Shown here: positions 8,943 through 18,205 of the stretch, one piece after another
Position numbering within the stretch: the first letter of the stretch is position 1
How the letters are laid out: every line of letters starts with the position of its first letter
Assembly: GCA_049606355.1 (NCBI GenBank)
Contig: JBMYVL010000003.1
Location: 30,001 to 62,000 of the forward strand
Reading direction: 5' to 3'
Source: Opitutales bacterium
GTDB taxonomy: Bacteria > Verrucomicrobiota > Verrucomicrobiia > Opitutales > Coraliomargaritaceae
Length of the DNA: 32,000 bases
Notes under the pieces: generated by a model
What the model was told of the DNA's origin: nothing
Databases searched by the model: none
Seen by the model: only the letters and a program-made list of their open reading frames with translations
Made by a program: the position numbers and the translations under genes

Positions 8943-10275
8943 AACCTGTGTCATCGGCGCGGGCATAAGCGGCCTCGCCACAGCTTGGAAACTCCAACAA
9001 AAAGGCGAAAGCTGTGTTGTCCTAGAAGCCCAAGCCGAAGTCGGTGGCGCCATTCGCAGTCGACGCGAGGCTGGTTTCCTTGTTGAGGAGGGCCCTCACT
9101 CGATTCAGCTCAACTCGAAAGAAATTGAAGCCTTCCTCGACAGCATTCCCGGACTAAGCGACCAAATCATTGATGCCGATCCTGCAGCCAATAAACGGTA
9201 TATTTTACGTAACGGGACCCTGCATGCCGTACCGATGCAACCACTGGATCTGCTTCGTACTTCACTGTGGTCACTTCGTGGACGGCTGCGCGGACTCATG
9301 GAGCCCTTTATTCCCAAAAAGAAAGATGGTAGTGAAGAAAGTGTCGCTGATTGCGTGCGTCGACGACTGGGCAATGAGCTATACGACTACGCGATGAATC
9401 CCCTAGTGGGTGGCATTTATGCCGGTAACCCCGAAGTGTTATCTCTGCGCTACGCATTTCCAAAACTATACGAACTGGAACAGGAACACGGGGGATTCAT
9501 TCGTGGCGCGCTGTCACAAATGAAAGCGGTACGTAAAGGGAACCATGCACCTTACCGCAAACGAATTATCAGCTTTAAAGAGGGCCTGGGCGCGCTCCCA
9601 AATGGCATCAAACGAGCATTAGGTGACAGCGTTCAGACAAACGTCTGCATTGAGTCACTTCGATCCAGCGATGGGAAATGGGATGTCACGTGGAAGGGGC
9701 AGAGCGAACGTTTCGATCGACTCATCGTCACCACCCCCGCATATGCTCTTAGCGAACTGCCGTTTGAGCGCCAGTTACAGGAAGCACTGCGGACCTTGCA
9801 AGATATCGACTATCCACCTGTTTCAGTACTGAGTTTAGGTTTCAAGCGTGCGCAGATCGAACACCCATTGGACGGGTTCGGCCTACTCGTCCCGGAATCG
9901 GAGCGACGCTCGATTCTCGGCATCCTGTTTCCGTCCAGCGTATTCAAAGGGCGCGCCCCACAAGAAAGCACGCTGTTGAGCGTATTTGTAGGCGGCGAAC
10001 GTAATCCGGAATATGCCACTGCAGATACAGAGAAATTACTGGGCGATGTACTGCCCGAAATCAATGCGTTACTTGGCGTGAGCGGCACGCCCCACTACGT
10101 ACATCACAAACATTGGCCGAAGGCCATTCCCCAGTATAAGTTGGGCTATGCGCAAACCCTCGAGACGCTGCAAAGGATTGAGGATAACCACCTTGGCCTT
10201 CACTTAGTGGGTACTTATCGGAATGGCATTTCGGTGACCGACTGCCTGACCGGAGCACTTTCCTATCGCAACTGA
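8935..10275 (+). CDS. hemY: Protoporphyrinogen oxidase (FAD-dependent, HemY type)
   Basis: 446 aa. N-terminal VIGAGISGLATA FAD fold with the HemY-like length and layout. The ATG overlaps the hemE stop by 8 nt. Confidence 0.85.
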   Translation: MPKTCVIGAGISGLATAWKLQQKGESCVVLEAQAEVGGAIRSRREAGFLVEEGPHSIQLNSKEIEAFLDSIPGLSDQIIDADPAANKRYILRNGTLHAVPMQPLDLLRTSLWSLRGRLRGLMEPFIPKKKDGSEESVADCVRRRLGNELYDYAMNPLVGGIYAGNPEVLSLRYAFPKLYELEQEHGGFIRGALSQMKAVRKGNHAPYRKRIISFKEGLGALPNGIKRALGDSVQTNVCIESLRSSDGKWDVTWKGQSERFDRLIVTTPAYALSELPFERQLQEALRTLQDIDYPPVSVLSLGFKRAQIEHPLDGFGLLVPESERRSILGILFPSSVFKGRAPQESTLLSVFVGGERNPEYATADTEKLLGDVLPEINALLGVSGTPHYVHHKHWPKAIPQYKLGYAQTLETLQRIEDNHLGLHLVGTYRNGISVTDCLTGALSYRN

Positions 10276-10332
10276 GGACTTTGCCCGAAGGCAGTGAAGT
10301 AGCGTCGGTAGCTGTATCGCTGCGAGCCCTTC

Positions 10333-11505
10333 TTAAAGTTCGCTCGCAAGCCAGTCCGCCGCACGCGTGGCAGATCCGGGATTCAAAAGTGCTCTGATTT
10401 CATCGGCCCCACGGCTAGCAGCGATCGCAGCATCCGAATCACAGGCACGTAGGAGCGCTGCAGCCAAAACTTTGGGTTGAGCCGCTGCCTGTATAAACTC
10501 GGGGTGGAGCTGTTTCTTCAGCAGCAAATTAGAAATGCCAATCGATTCTACGCGAACCACGAACCGCCCAATCCAATAACTGAGACTGTTTAATCGGTAG
10601 ACAATCGCTCCGGGAATTCCGGCAAGTGCCACAGCCAATGACATGGTCCCTGAGCTCATTAAGACCGCACGAGCAACTTGTGGCTCGCTTGAGTTGGCCT
10701 TTAAAACAACTGCTGATTGAAGCTCTGGGAATTCACCAAGAATACGCAGCAGTACTCCACGGATACGTTCACTTGGGTAGAGCACGCAGGCTTTCAGTTC
10801 AGGTTGTCTGACTTTGGCCAAACGGAATGCCTCCAGTAGCACCGGGAAGATACGACTCACTGCCGCGACTCGACTACCCGGTAACAATAAAACGGCACCC
10901 TTGGGATCATAGCGAAAGGGTAATTGGTGATCCGCACATACAAATGGATGCCCGACAAATTCGACGGGCAGCGCCGTGTCTTGATAACAGTCGACCTCAA
11001 AGGGAAAAATCACGCCGAGACGATCCAACAAACCTGCCATTTTAAAGCGGCGCTTTGCTTTCCACGCCCAGATTTGCGGGCCGATATAGTAGCTCAACCC
11101 AATCGTACCTCCGCCCTTCTTACTCAGAGCGCGTTTTTTCAACTCCTGCGCCAATCGCAAATTAAAGCCCGGATAATCAACAAAACAAATATGCTTTGGT
11201 TGGTAGCGCTCGATCCAATCCAAAGTTCGCTCAAACAAAGCCCGAAAAAAACCGTAATGCTTCGCCACTTCAACAAAGCCGACAATCGAGACCTCGGTCA
11301 TATCATACAGCAGTTGTGCTCCGGCGGCGTGCAACTGAGGTCCACCCAGACAAGCAACCTGCAGTCCCGGACGCTGTTGCAACAGATCGTGAACTAATTG
11401 CGCCGCATGTTCATCCCCCGAGTGCTCTCCGGCAATAACGAGCAAGTCCGGCGAACTTGTAACCGGTGCAGGAAACTCTGAGGGCGCTGGTAAAACTTCA
11501 GACAA
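10333..11505 (-). CDS. lpxB: Lipid-A-disaccharide synthase
   Basis: 390 aa. VIAGEHSGDEHAAQL matches the E. coli AGEASGD region, and the fold length fits GT19. The first in-frame start is TTG at 11505, directly abutting the upstream TAA stop. An alternative TTG lies at the DLL position. Confidence 0.9.
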   Translation of the reverse strand: MSEVLPAPSEFPAPVTSSPDLLVIAGEHSGDEHAAQLVHDLLQQRPGLQVACLGGPQLHAAGAQLLYDMTEVSIVGFVEVAKHYGFFRALFERTLDWIERYQPKHICFVDYPGFNLRLAQELKKRALSKKGGGTIGLSYYIGPQIWAWKAKRRFKMAGLLDRLGVIFPFEVDCYQDTALPVEFVGHPFVCADHQLPFRYDPKGAVLLLPGSRVAAVSRIFPVLLEAFRLAKVRQPELKACVLYPSERIRGVLLRILGEFPELQSAVVLKANSSEPQVARAVLMSSGTMSLAVALAGIPGAIVYRLNSLSYWIGRFVVRVESIGISNLLLKKQLHPEFIQAAAQPKVLAAALLRACDSDAAIAASRGADEIRALLNPGSATRAADWLASEL

Positions 11506-12432
11506 TTACTTTTTGTGGATTAAGTCAGTGATTTGAATCGCCAACTCCAGTGCCGAGCGTCCCAACTCCGCACCTACTTTGGGCTGGCTTGCATCATGCA
11601 CCGCTTGAGTGAACGAAGCCAACTCCAGCTTCAATGGTTCATCTTTTTCAATCGGGATCTCTTCTCGCACGAGCTCAATGCCTTCTTTGCGGAGAAAGTG
11701 TCCACTTTGGTTCATGAAATCGAGGGACAAATAGTTCGCAGGTTGAAAAACGCGGATTTCCCGCACCTTCTTCATGCTCACACGACTGGTATTGATATTG
11801 GCCACACAACCGTTTTCGAAAGTAATACGGGCATTGGCAATGTCCTCACTGTTCGAGAGCACGTTGACTCCAACCGCCTCGACCGACTGAATCGGAGCGT
11901 TGACCAAGGCCAAAATTACACCGATGTCATGGATCATCAGATCGAGCACCACACCGACTTCGGTCCCACGTGGATTATATGGAGCCAATCGATCTGCGGT
12001 AATAAATTTTGGCGCAGTCACCGCATTTTCCAAATACCCCATCACGGGGTTGTAGTGCTCAATATGCCCGACCTGAACTATGCGCCCGGCGGCCTTGGCG
12101 GCCGACAAGATCTGCTCAGCCTCATCCAGGCTGGAACACAGCGGCTTTTCAATTAACAAGTGACAGCCCCCCGCAAGCAGCGGCAAAGCGACCTCGCAAT
12201 GACGATCCGTGGGGACGACCACACTCACCGCATCACAGCTAGCAGCCAACTCCTCGACGGAAGCAAAACACTCACACTGGTGTAACTCACTGATTTCAGC
12301 GGCACGCTGCGCATTCGCCTCAACGATACCAACCAATTCACAATTGGGCAGCGCCGCGTAAAGACGCGCATGGTGTTGCCCCAGATACCCGGTGCCCACG
12401 ACACCGCAACGAATTTTCGAACCTTCAGACAT
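11506..12432 (-). CDS. Gfo/Idh/MocA-family NAD-dependent oxidoreductase, a candidate GnnA-like UDP-GlcNAc 3-dehydrogenase
   Basis: Rossmann motif RCGVVGTGYLGQHHA at the N-terminus when started at ATG 12432 (MSEGSKIRCGVVG). The listed ORF extends to 12495, but that extension looks non-native. The stop abuts the lpxB start. Confidence 0.85.
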   Translation of the reverse strand: MSEGSKIRCGVVGTGYLGQHHARLYAALPNCELVGIVEANAQRAAEISELHQCECFASVEELAASCDAVSVVVPTDRHCEVALPLLAGGCHLLIEKPLCSSLDEAEQILSAAKAAGRIVQVGHIEHYNPVMGYLENAVTAPKFITADRLAPYNPRGTEVGVVLDLMIHDIGVILALVNAPIQSVEAVGVNVLSNSEDIANARITFENGCVANINTSRVSMKKVREIRVFQPANYLSLDFMNQSGHFLRKEGIELVREEIPIEKDEPLKLELASFTQAVHDASQPKVGAELGRSALELAIQITDLIHKK

Positions 12433-12503
12433 GGTACTCGTCGTGGAGGTTGCAGTTTTAGAGAACGCGCAGCAAGGACCAACTGGCAACCGCAAACAAA
12501 CGA

Positions 12504-13787
12504 CTAAATGATCATGCCGGCAGCGACGGTCTCATTGGTTTGTTCGTCGATTAAAACAAAGCTTCCGGAAATACGATTGCGCTTGTAGCTATCCGCAATC
12601 AGCGGAGCGGATGTACGCAAAGAAATACGACCAATATCATTTAAGCTAAAGACGAGATCATCCTCAATCTTGTGCAGGGTATTGATATTCACCTTATACT
12701 TCACTTCAGAAACAATTGCCATGACCTCCTTTTCGGTGTGGCGCAGGATGTATTTACCACGCCCCGATAGTTTCTTGGTCGACGCAAACCAGCAAATCAT
12801 CGCTTCAATATCCTGCTTTGGTTCCGGCGGATTATTCGGTTTGACGATCATATCGCCACGCGAAATGTCGATCTCGTCATTCAGCGTCAGCGCGACCGAC
12901 ATGGGCGCAAAAGCCTCTGCTAACTCTCCGTCCATCGTATGGATCGCTTTGACCGTAGATTCAAAGCCCGACGGAAGCACTTTTACCGCATCCCCCGGCT
13001 TAAAGACTCCACCCGCGATACGACCTGCAAAACCTCGGAAATCATGCCATTTGTCCGAATGTGGACGAATCACCCATTGGACGGGTAGTCGCGCATCGAT
13101 ATGATTTTCATCGGCGCCAATATAGACAGTCTCTAGATGGTAAAGCAGTGTCGGGCCCTGGTACCACGGCATGTTTTCCGACTTATCCACGATGTTGTCG
13201 CCCAATAAGGCCGACGCAGGAATAAAAGTGATCTCCACAATATTATCCAAGCGCGAGGCAAACTTCTTAAAGTCATCGACGATCGCGTTGTAGGTATCCT
13301 GCGACCAATCAACGAGGTCCATTTTATTCACACAGACCACAATATGCTGAATGCGCAGCAAATTAGCGATGAAGGCATGCCGGCAGGTTTGTTCAATGAC
13401 GCCCTTGCGTGCATCCACTAGCAAGATCGCGAGGTTCGCGGTAGACGCACCGGTAACCATGTTGCGGGTGTACTGTATGTGCCCTGGGGTGTCGGCGATA
13501 ATGAACTTACGCTTCGGCGTTGCGAAATAGCGATACGCAACATCGATGGTGATGCCCTGCTCGCGCTCCGAACGCAATCCGTCCGTTAATAAGGCAAGAT
13601 TCACATTCTCATCGCCACGCTTCTTCGAACTCGCTTCGACCGCTTCCAATTGATCTTCAAAAATTGCTTTCGAGTCATACAGCAGTCGCCCAATTAGTGT
13701 ACTCTTGCCGTCGTCCACGGAACCCGCGGTAGTGAAGCGCAAGAGATCCATATCCAGATAACCTGCTGCTGTTGTTACTTCGCTCAT
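12504..13787 (-). CDS. cysN: Sulfate adenylyltransferase subunit 1 (GTPase). It is not fused to an APS kinase domain.
   Basis: 427 aa. G1 GSVDDGKSTL, G3 DTPGH, G4 NKMD. Confidence 0.95.
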   Translation of the reverse strand: MSEVTTAAGYLDMDLLRFTTAGSVDDGKSTLIGRLLYDSKAIFEDQLEAVEASSKKRGDENVNLALLTDGLRSEREQGITIDVAYRYFATPKRKFIIADTPGHIQYTRNMVTGASTANLAILLVDARKGVIEQTCRHAFIANLLRIQHIVVCVNKMDLVDWSQDTYNAIVDDFKKFASRLDNIVEITFIPASALLGDNIVDKSENMPWYQGPTLLYHLETVYIGADENHIDARLPVQWVIRPHSDKWHDFRGFAGRIAGGVFKPGDAVKVLPSGFESTVKAIHTMDGELAEAFAPMSVALTLNDEIDISRGDMIVKPNNPPEPKQDIEAMICWFASTKKLSGRGKYILRHTEKEVMAIVSEVKYKVNINTLHKIEDDLVFSLNDIGRISLRTSAPLIADSYKRNRISGSFVLIDEQTNETVAAGMII

Positions 13788-13849
13788 TGTATTAAAATCG
13801 GTTGGTATATTTCAGTTCTTAGTTGTACCGCCAAACGTTCGTGCTGGGT

Positions 13850-14764
13850 TTAAAAATAACCCTGCTTCTTGCGGTCTTCCATCGCGGTTTCCGAGCGCTT
13901 GTCATCGGCGCGTGTACCGCGCTCGGTTTGACGAGCAGCTGCGACTTCGCCGATGATGTCGTCTAAATTGGTTGCCGTAGAAAGCGCAGCACCCGTACAC
14001 GTCGCATCGCCAATGGTACGGAAACGCACCGTCTTGGTTTCGACCGTCTTCTGCTCCTCAGGCGTCATTTCAATAAAATCACAGACGCCCATGATCACGC
14101 CATTGCGAACAAAGCACTCCCGTTCATGTGAAAAGTACAAATTAGGAAGCTCGATCGACTCTAGTTTGATGTATTGCCAGATATCCATCTCCGTCCAGTT
14201 GGAGAGTGGGAACACTCGGAAGTGCTCGCCGTGGTGCTTTCGGCCATTAAAGATGTTCCACAGTTCAGGCCGTTGGTTTTTCGGATCCCATTGGCCAAAG
14301 GCATCGCGGTGCGAGAAGAAGCGTTCCTTCGCCCGTGCCTTTTCCTCGTCGCGACGCCCTCCCCCCAAAGCGGCATCATAGTGACCCGCTTCCAATCCTT
14401 CGAGGAGGGCCACAGTCTGCAGGCCATTTCGACTGGCGTAGGGCCCGGTTTCTTCAACTACCTTGCCCTCATCAATCGCCTTTTGCACGGATGCGACCAC
14501 TAATTCCGCACCGAGGTCCTCGATGAAGCGATCGCGATACTCCATGGTTTCTGGGAAATTGTGTCCCGTATCCACATGCATCATTGGAAAGGGCAATTTT
14601 GCCGGCCAGAATGCTTTTTTCGCCAAATGTGCCATGACGATAGAGTCCTTACCGCCCGAAAAAAGCAGGACGGGCTTTTCAAACTGAGCGGCTGTCTCGC
14701 GCAGAATATAGATCGCCTCAGACTCGAGTTGTTTCAGGTGTGTGATCGTGTAATCGTTGTGCAT
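13850..14764 (-). CDS. cysD: Sulfate adenylyltransferase subunit 2
   Basis: 304 aa. PP-loop LFSGGKDS. The rest is collinear with CysD. Confidence 0.95.
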   Translation of the reverse strand: MHNDYTITHLKQLESEAIYILRETAAQFEKPVLLFSGGKDSIVMAHLAKKAFWPAKLPFPMMHVDTGHNFPETMEYRDRFIEDLGAELVVASVQKAIDEGKVVEETGPYASRNGLQTVALLEGLEAGHYDAALGGGRRDEEKARAKERFFSHRDAFGQWDPKNQRPELWNIFNGRKHHGEHFRVFPLSNWTEMDIWQYIKLESIELPNLYFSHERECFVRNGVIMGVCDFIEMTPEEQKTVETKTVRFRTIGDATCTGAALSTATNLDDIIGEVAAARQTERGTRADDKRSETAMEDRKKQGYF

Positions 14765-14795
14765 AACTTAAAAAACAGTGAAAAGTGAATTGGGC

Positions 14796-15413
14796 TCAGC
14801 CCTGCGTCGATGTAATTATCGGTAGGATTTGAGTTAAGAGCCCCTCGACGGACTCCGCTTCGCTCTGCGTATCCGTGGCAACCATCCAGTCCGAATCGTC
14901 GGCGCTCGGCGCTTCAAACGAAGAATCTTTGCCGGTAAAGTGGGCGACACCGCCTGCCGCTGCTTTGGCATATAAGCCCTTCACATCACGTGCCGCGCAA
15001 GTCTCGTAGGCCGCTTGTACATAGACAGGAGTGCAGTCCGCTTTGCCCACGATCGATCGCGCTAAAGATCTCAGTTCGCGCTTCGGCGTAATAAAGGAAG
15101 TAAAGACGACTGCCCCGCTCTCTAAAAACAAACGGGCGACTTCGGCGATGCGGCGAATATTTTCATGCCGATCGGCATCGGTGAAACCGAGATCACTATT
15201 CAAGCGACTGCGGATATTATCCCCATCAAGAATCTTGGTAAAAATACCGCGCTCGAGCAAGGCGCGCTCCAGTGCATTGACCAAGGTGCTTTTGCCCGAG
15301 CCCGACAAACCGTAAAACCAAAAAACATGCCCGCGCTGACGCAGTTGCGCCTCCTTGGCCTCACGACCCAGCATGCGGTGGAATTCGGTGTGTATGTTTT
15401 CAGGGGGTGACAT
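14796..15413 (-). CDS. cysC: Adenylylsulfate (APS) kinase
   Basis: 205 aa. P-loop GLSGSGKSTL, then LDGDNIR. Confidence 0.95.
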   Translation of the reverse strand: MSPPENIHTEFHRMLGREAKEAQLRQRGHVFWFYGLSGSGKSTLVNALERALLERGIFTKILDGDNIRSRLNSDLGFTDADRHENIRRIAEVARLFLESGAVVFTSFITPKRELRSLARSIVGKADCTPVYVQAAYETCAARDVKGLYAKAAAGGVAHFTGKDSSFEAPSADDSDWMVATDTQSEAESVEGLLTQILPIITSTQG

Positions 15414-15493
15414 AACTCAACAAAGACGATGATCCTTGAGTAGGGCCGTCAAAAATACCAGCTATCTTTAAGTTTGGTTATTGAGTCAAGAAC

Positions 15494-17167
15494 CTATTTA
15501 TTGCTCCGCGCTTGGTTCCGCGATCCCTTCGGCGTAGCCGCTTGCTTCAATTGTTTCGCCTGCAGAGACCACTGAGAGGCCTCAGCCAGCGCCCCTACCG
15601 TCGCCGCCACCTTAGCCCCCTCCTCTAATAAGCGTAACTGCAACACCTTGGCATTTTGCTGACTGCCAATTAGTTTCGCATACACATCATACGCGAGCTG
15701 ACTCTCGCCATAACGATGCAATAGATCCGCCACCCGCTGCGCCACGACGCGCTCATCGACAGGAAAAATCGATAGATAGCGTACCAGCTTCAGAGCACTC
15801 AACGCTTTCTCGGGCTCAGCACGCTGCTCATGCAGCTGCGCGATTTCATAAGCAAGTGCCAGCGAGGGCTGTTTCATAAATTCGACGCGAGCAAAATCCA
15901 GTGCCGCTGCAGTGTCACCTTCGGACTGCAGGCGGCGTACTTCACGCAGTGTTACATAGCTGCCGAACTCGGTGCGTTGCGGAAGCTCCAATTGATCGGA
16001 TAAACTCAACTTAAAAGGGCGATACAACGGATCACCGATCGCAACCCCCATCCAGCTCCAACGCGGGGTGCTGTAGGCAATCGCTTCACCAAAGGTTCCG
16101 CCCGCCAACAGATGCTCTAGAAACAAATCGGGTCGGTGGGTGAACTGCAAGTAAGGCTCATAAACATTCCCAAAAGTTGCACAATAGCCCTGCTGGACGA
16201 GCGGCCCAAGCCAAGCCTTCGTGATCGATCGCACCGAAGTTGCGGAAAAACTGTGCAGGTGGAAGCCAATCGCACCTGGTGGCACATGCCAGCTCGAGTC
16301 ACGCCAAGGCCCATAAGCTCTCGGCGCATACCAACCCATATAGATCGCCGGAGCGTCAAGTCGATCGCGGTGATCCAGTTTACGCTTCGTGCTTTCAAAG
16401 TCGGTATCGAAATAAGCTGCCTGTGCCAGTTCTCCGGCAGCGCGGATCCAAGTGTCTCCCAGTTCGTGAGGTCCGCCCGTATCAAAATAGGCGCGTCCCT
16501 GCAGTCCAAACTCCTCGGCCTGTAAGCTGCGGTCAATTAAGCGCTTAACCGCTGCCACAGAGGGCCCATCTAAGCGGCTCACCCGAATGCCGACAAGCCA
16601 CTCACGCTGCGGCGTCGTCTTATTTTCGAAGTACGGATTCACCAAAAAAGCGGTCATCGATAGGCGATCAGCTGCAGCCAATAATGCCAGTTCGCTGTCG
16701 ACGGAACCCCCATTCACCCGAAACTGTTCCGGTAGGCTCACTGCGTCTGCCTCAATCAATTCTGGATCATGGGCAATGCGCAAGGGCACACCACGGACCG
16801 TAACCAAGTAGCTCATACGCTGTAGAGCCGCTTGGAGCAACTCTCGACCATAGGCATCTCGCTGTCCGCTGCGAACTGCTTGCATCCAATCGGCGTCGAT
16901 CAAGGCTGCCAGTAAGGGATTATGGATTTGATCGACGTATTGCCGAATTGAAATGGTCTCTTCGGTTGGCATCGCCAAAGAGATAATATTCGCTTCAGGT
17001 ATCTGGCGCTGCTGCGCGTAATACTGCGCAAGACGCACGGAATCGGGGTCAGCTGCATTCGCAAGAATAACGACGCGGTCTTTTTCATGCGCCTCCAGCG
17101 ACAATAGCGGCGCCAATACAGTGAGTGCTAGCACCAGCCAGTAGCTTGCTATCAACCGAGCCTTCAT
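15494..17167 (-). CDS. Secreted hypothetical protein with a TIGR03790-like N-terminal region and a C-terminal helical (TPR-like) region
   Basis: Starting at ATG 17167 gives a signal-peptide-like MKARLIASYWLVLALTVLAPLLSLEA. VVILANAADPDSVRLAQYYAQQRQIPEANIISL resembles what I recall of the TIGR03790 family. The ATG overlaps the amidase TGA as ATGA. The listed ORF extends to 17257. Confidence 0.6.
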   Translation of the reverse strand: MKARLIASYWLVLALTVLAPLLSLEAHEKDRVVILANAADPDSVRLAQYYAQQRQIPEANIISLAMPTEETISIRQYVDQIHNPLLAALIDADWMQAVRSGQRDAYGRELLQAALQRMSYLVTVRGVPLRIAHDPELIEADAVSLPEQFRVNGGSVDSELALLAAADRLSMTAFLVNPYFENKTTPQREWLVGIRVSRLDGPSVAAVKRLIDRSLQAEEFGLQGRAYFDTGGPHELGDTWIRAAGELAQAAYFDTDFESTKRKLDHRDRLDAPAIYMGWYAPRAYGPWRDSSWHVPPGAIGFHLHSFSATSVRSITKAWLGPLVQQGYCATFGNVYEPYLQFTHRPDLFLEHLLAGGTFGEAIAYSTPRWSWMGVAIGDPLYRPFKLSLSDQLELPQRTEFGSYVTLREVRRLQSEGDTAAALDFARVEFMKQPSLALAYEIAQLHEQRAEPEKALSALKLVRYLSIFPVDERVVAQRVADLLHRYGESQLAYDVYAKLIGSQQNAKVLQLRLLEEGAKVAATVGALAEASQWSLQAKQLKQAATPKGSRNQARSNK

Positions 17168-18204
17168 CTGAATTGAATCGACTGAAGGCGTTTTCGGTAG
17201 GCGACAATACCGTCGAACAAACTTTGTGCGAGTTGTTGGCGGTGAGCAGCTGAACATAACTTCTCTGCGGTAGGCGCATGCGACATAAAACCCATTTCGA
17301 CCAAAACCCCCGGACAGTGCAACTCTTTGAGGACCTTAAAGCGCGCGCGTTTAACGCCGCGATCAGGCCCAGCCATACGTCGGACCAACTCTTGTTGAAT
17401 GTGATAAGCAAGAAGGACATTCCATGGATCTTGCCGGTTGCCCGCAAAACGGATCGAATCGTTCGCGCTGGGCTTCGTGTATCGTGACGAGGCTTGGTAT
17501 TGAGGGGTCAGCGCAAAGGTTTCATAGCCCGATGCTGTTTTTGACGCTGCCGCATTAAAGTGCAGGCTGAGGAACAAATCTGCCGAACGTTGCTTAGCTC
17601 GCTCTGGCCGTTGCGACAATGGCAGGTAGCGATCCTCACGACGTGTCTGAATCACCTCAAAGCCAGCAGCCAAAAGCAGTTGCTGTAAGCGACGTGCCAC
17701 ATCAAAACTCAAGGCTTTCTCACTCAATCCAAATGCCGAGTTGATCGCGCCATGGTCTTTACCTCCATGACCGGCGTCGATCGCGATTCGCCGGCAGTTC
17801 GGAATCCGCCCCGAACGTTGAGGTGCCAGAATCGGACGTAATGCACGGCTCAAATCAGCATTAGCCAAATACAACTGCCCCTTCGACTCAATCGTAGGAA
17901 AGCCGAGATAGAGGGGTATCGAATTGATGCGCAGCAATCGGCTGCGTGGCATGACATCGACTATCGTGTCCGACCCGCGCATACGGTAAAGGTTCTCACC
18001 CTTAAGCCAGTAGGACTGCATGCCAAAGTCTTTCGCCAAACTGGCAACAGCAGTGTAAGCCCTCCCCTCATGACGAATCGTACGTCCGCATAGCGGCAAA
18101 GCGGCACTTGCCAAAAGCAAAAAAGGCAGCCATCGCGACAGCGCCCGAGTGAAACGAATGCCGGGGACAGAATGTAGCAACATTGCTCTGCCCCTCATGC
18201 TCAC
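17164..18204 (-). CDS. N-acetylmuramoyl-L-alanine amidase (Amidase_3, AmiC-like)
   Basis: 346 aa. IAIDAGHGGKDHGA and LSLHFNA zinc-ligand motifs, with a hydrophobic N-terminal signal. The start is GTG at 18204 or ATG at 18198. Confidence 0.9.
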   Translation of the reverse strand: MSMRGRAMLLHSVPGIRFTRALSRWLPFLLLASAALPLCGRTIRHEGRAYTAVASLAKDFGMQSYWLKGENLYRMRGSDTIVDVMPRSRLLRINSIPLYLGFPTIESKGQLYLANADLSRALRPILAPQRSGRIPNCRRIAIDAGHGGKDHGAINSAFGLSEKALSFDVARRLQQLLLAAGFEVIQTRREDRYLPLSQRPERAKQRSADLFLSLHFNAAASKTASGYETFALTPQYQASSRYTKPSANDSIRFAGNRQDPWNVLLAYHIQQELVRRMAGPDRGVKRARFKVLKELHCPGVLVEMGFMSHAPTAEKLCSAAHRQQLAQSLFDGIVAYRKRLQSIQFR

Positions 18205-18205
18205 T

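Noticed and set aside
11533-12156. 207-aa plus-strand ORF. Similar long antisense ORFs occur at 10924-11397, 19629-20282, 22272-22766 and 22310-22870.
   Set aside because: All lie entirely within well-supported genes on the opposite strand or in another frame (oxidoreductase, lpxB, pdxA, DUF2851). Their translations are Arg/Pro/Ser/His-rich with low-complexity, non-protein-like composition. They are shadow ORFs.
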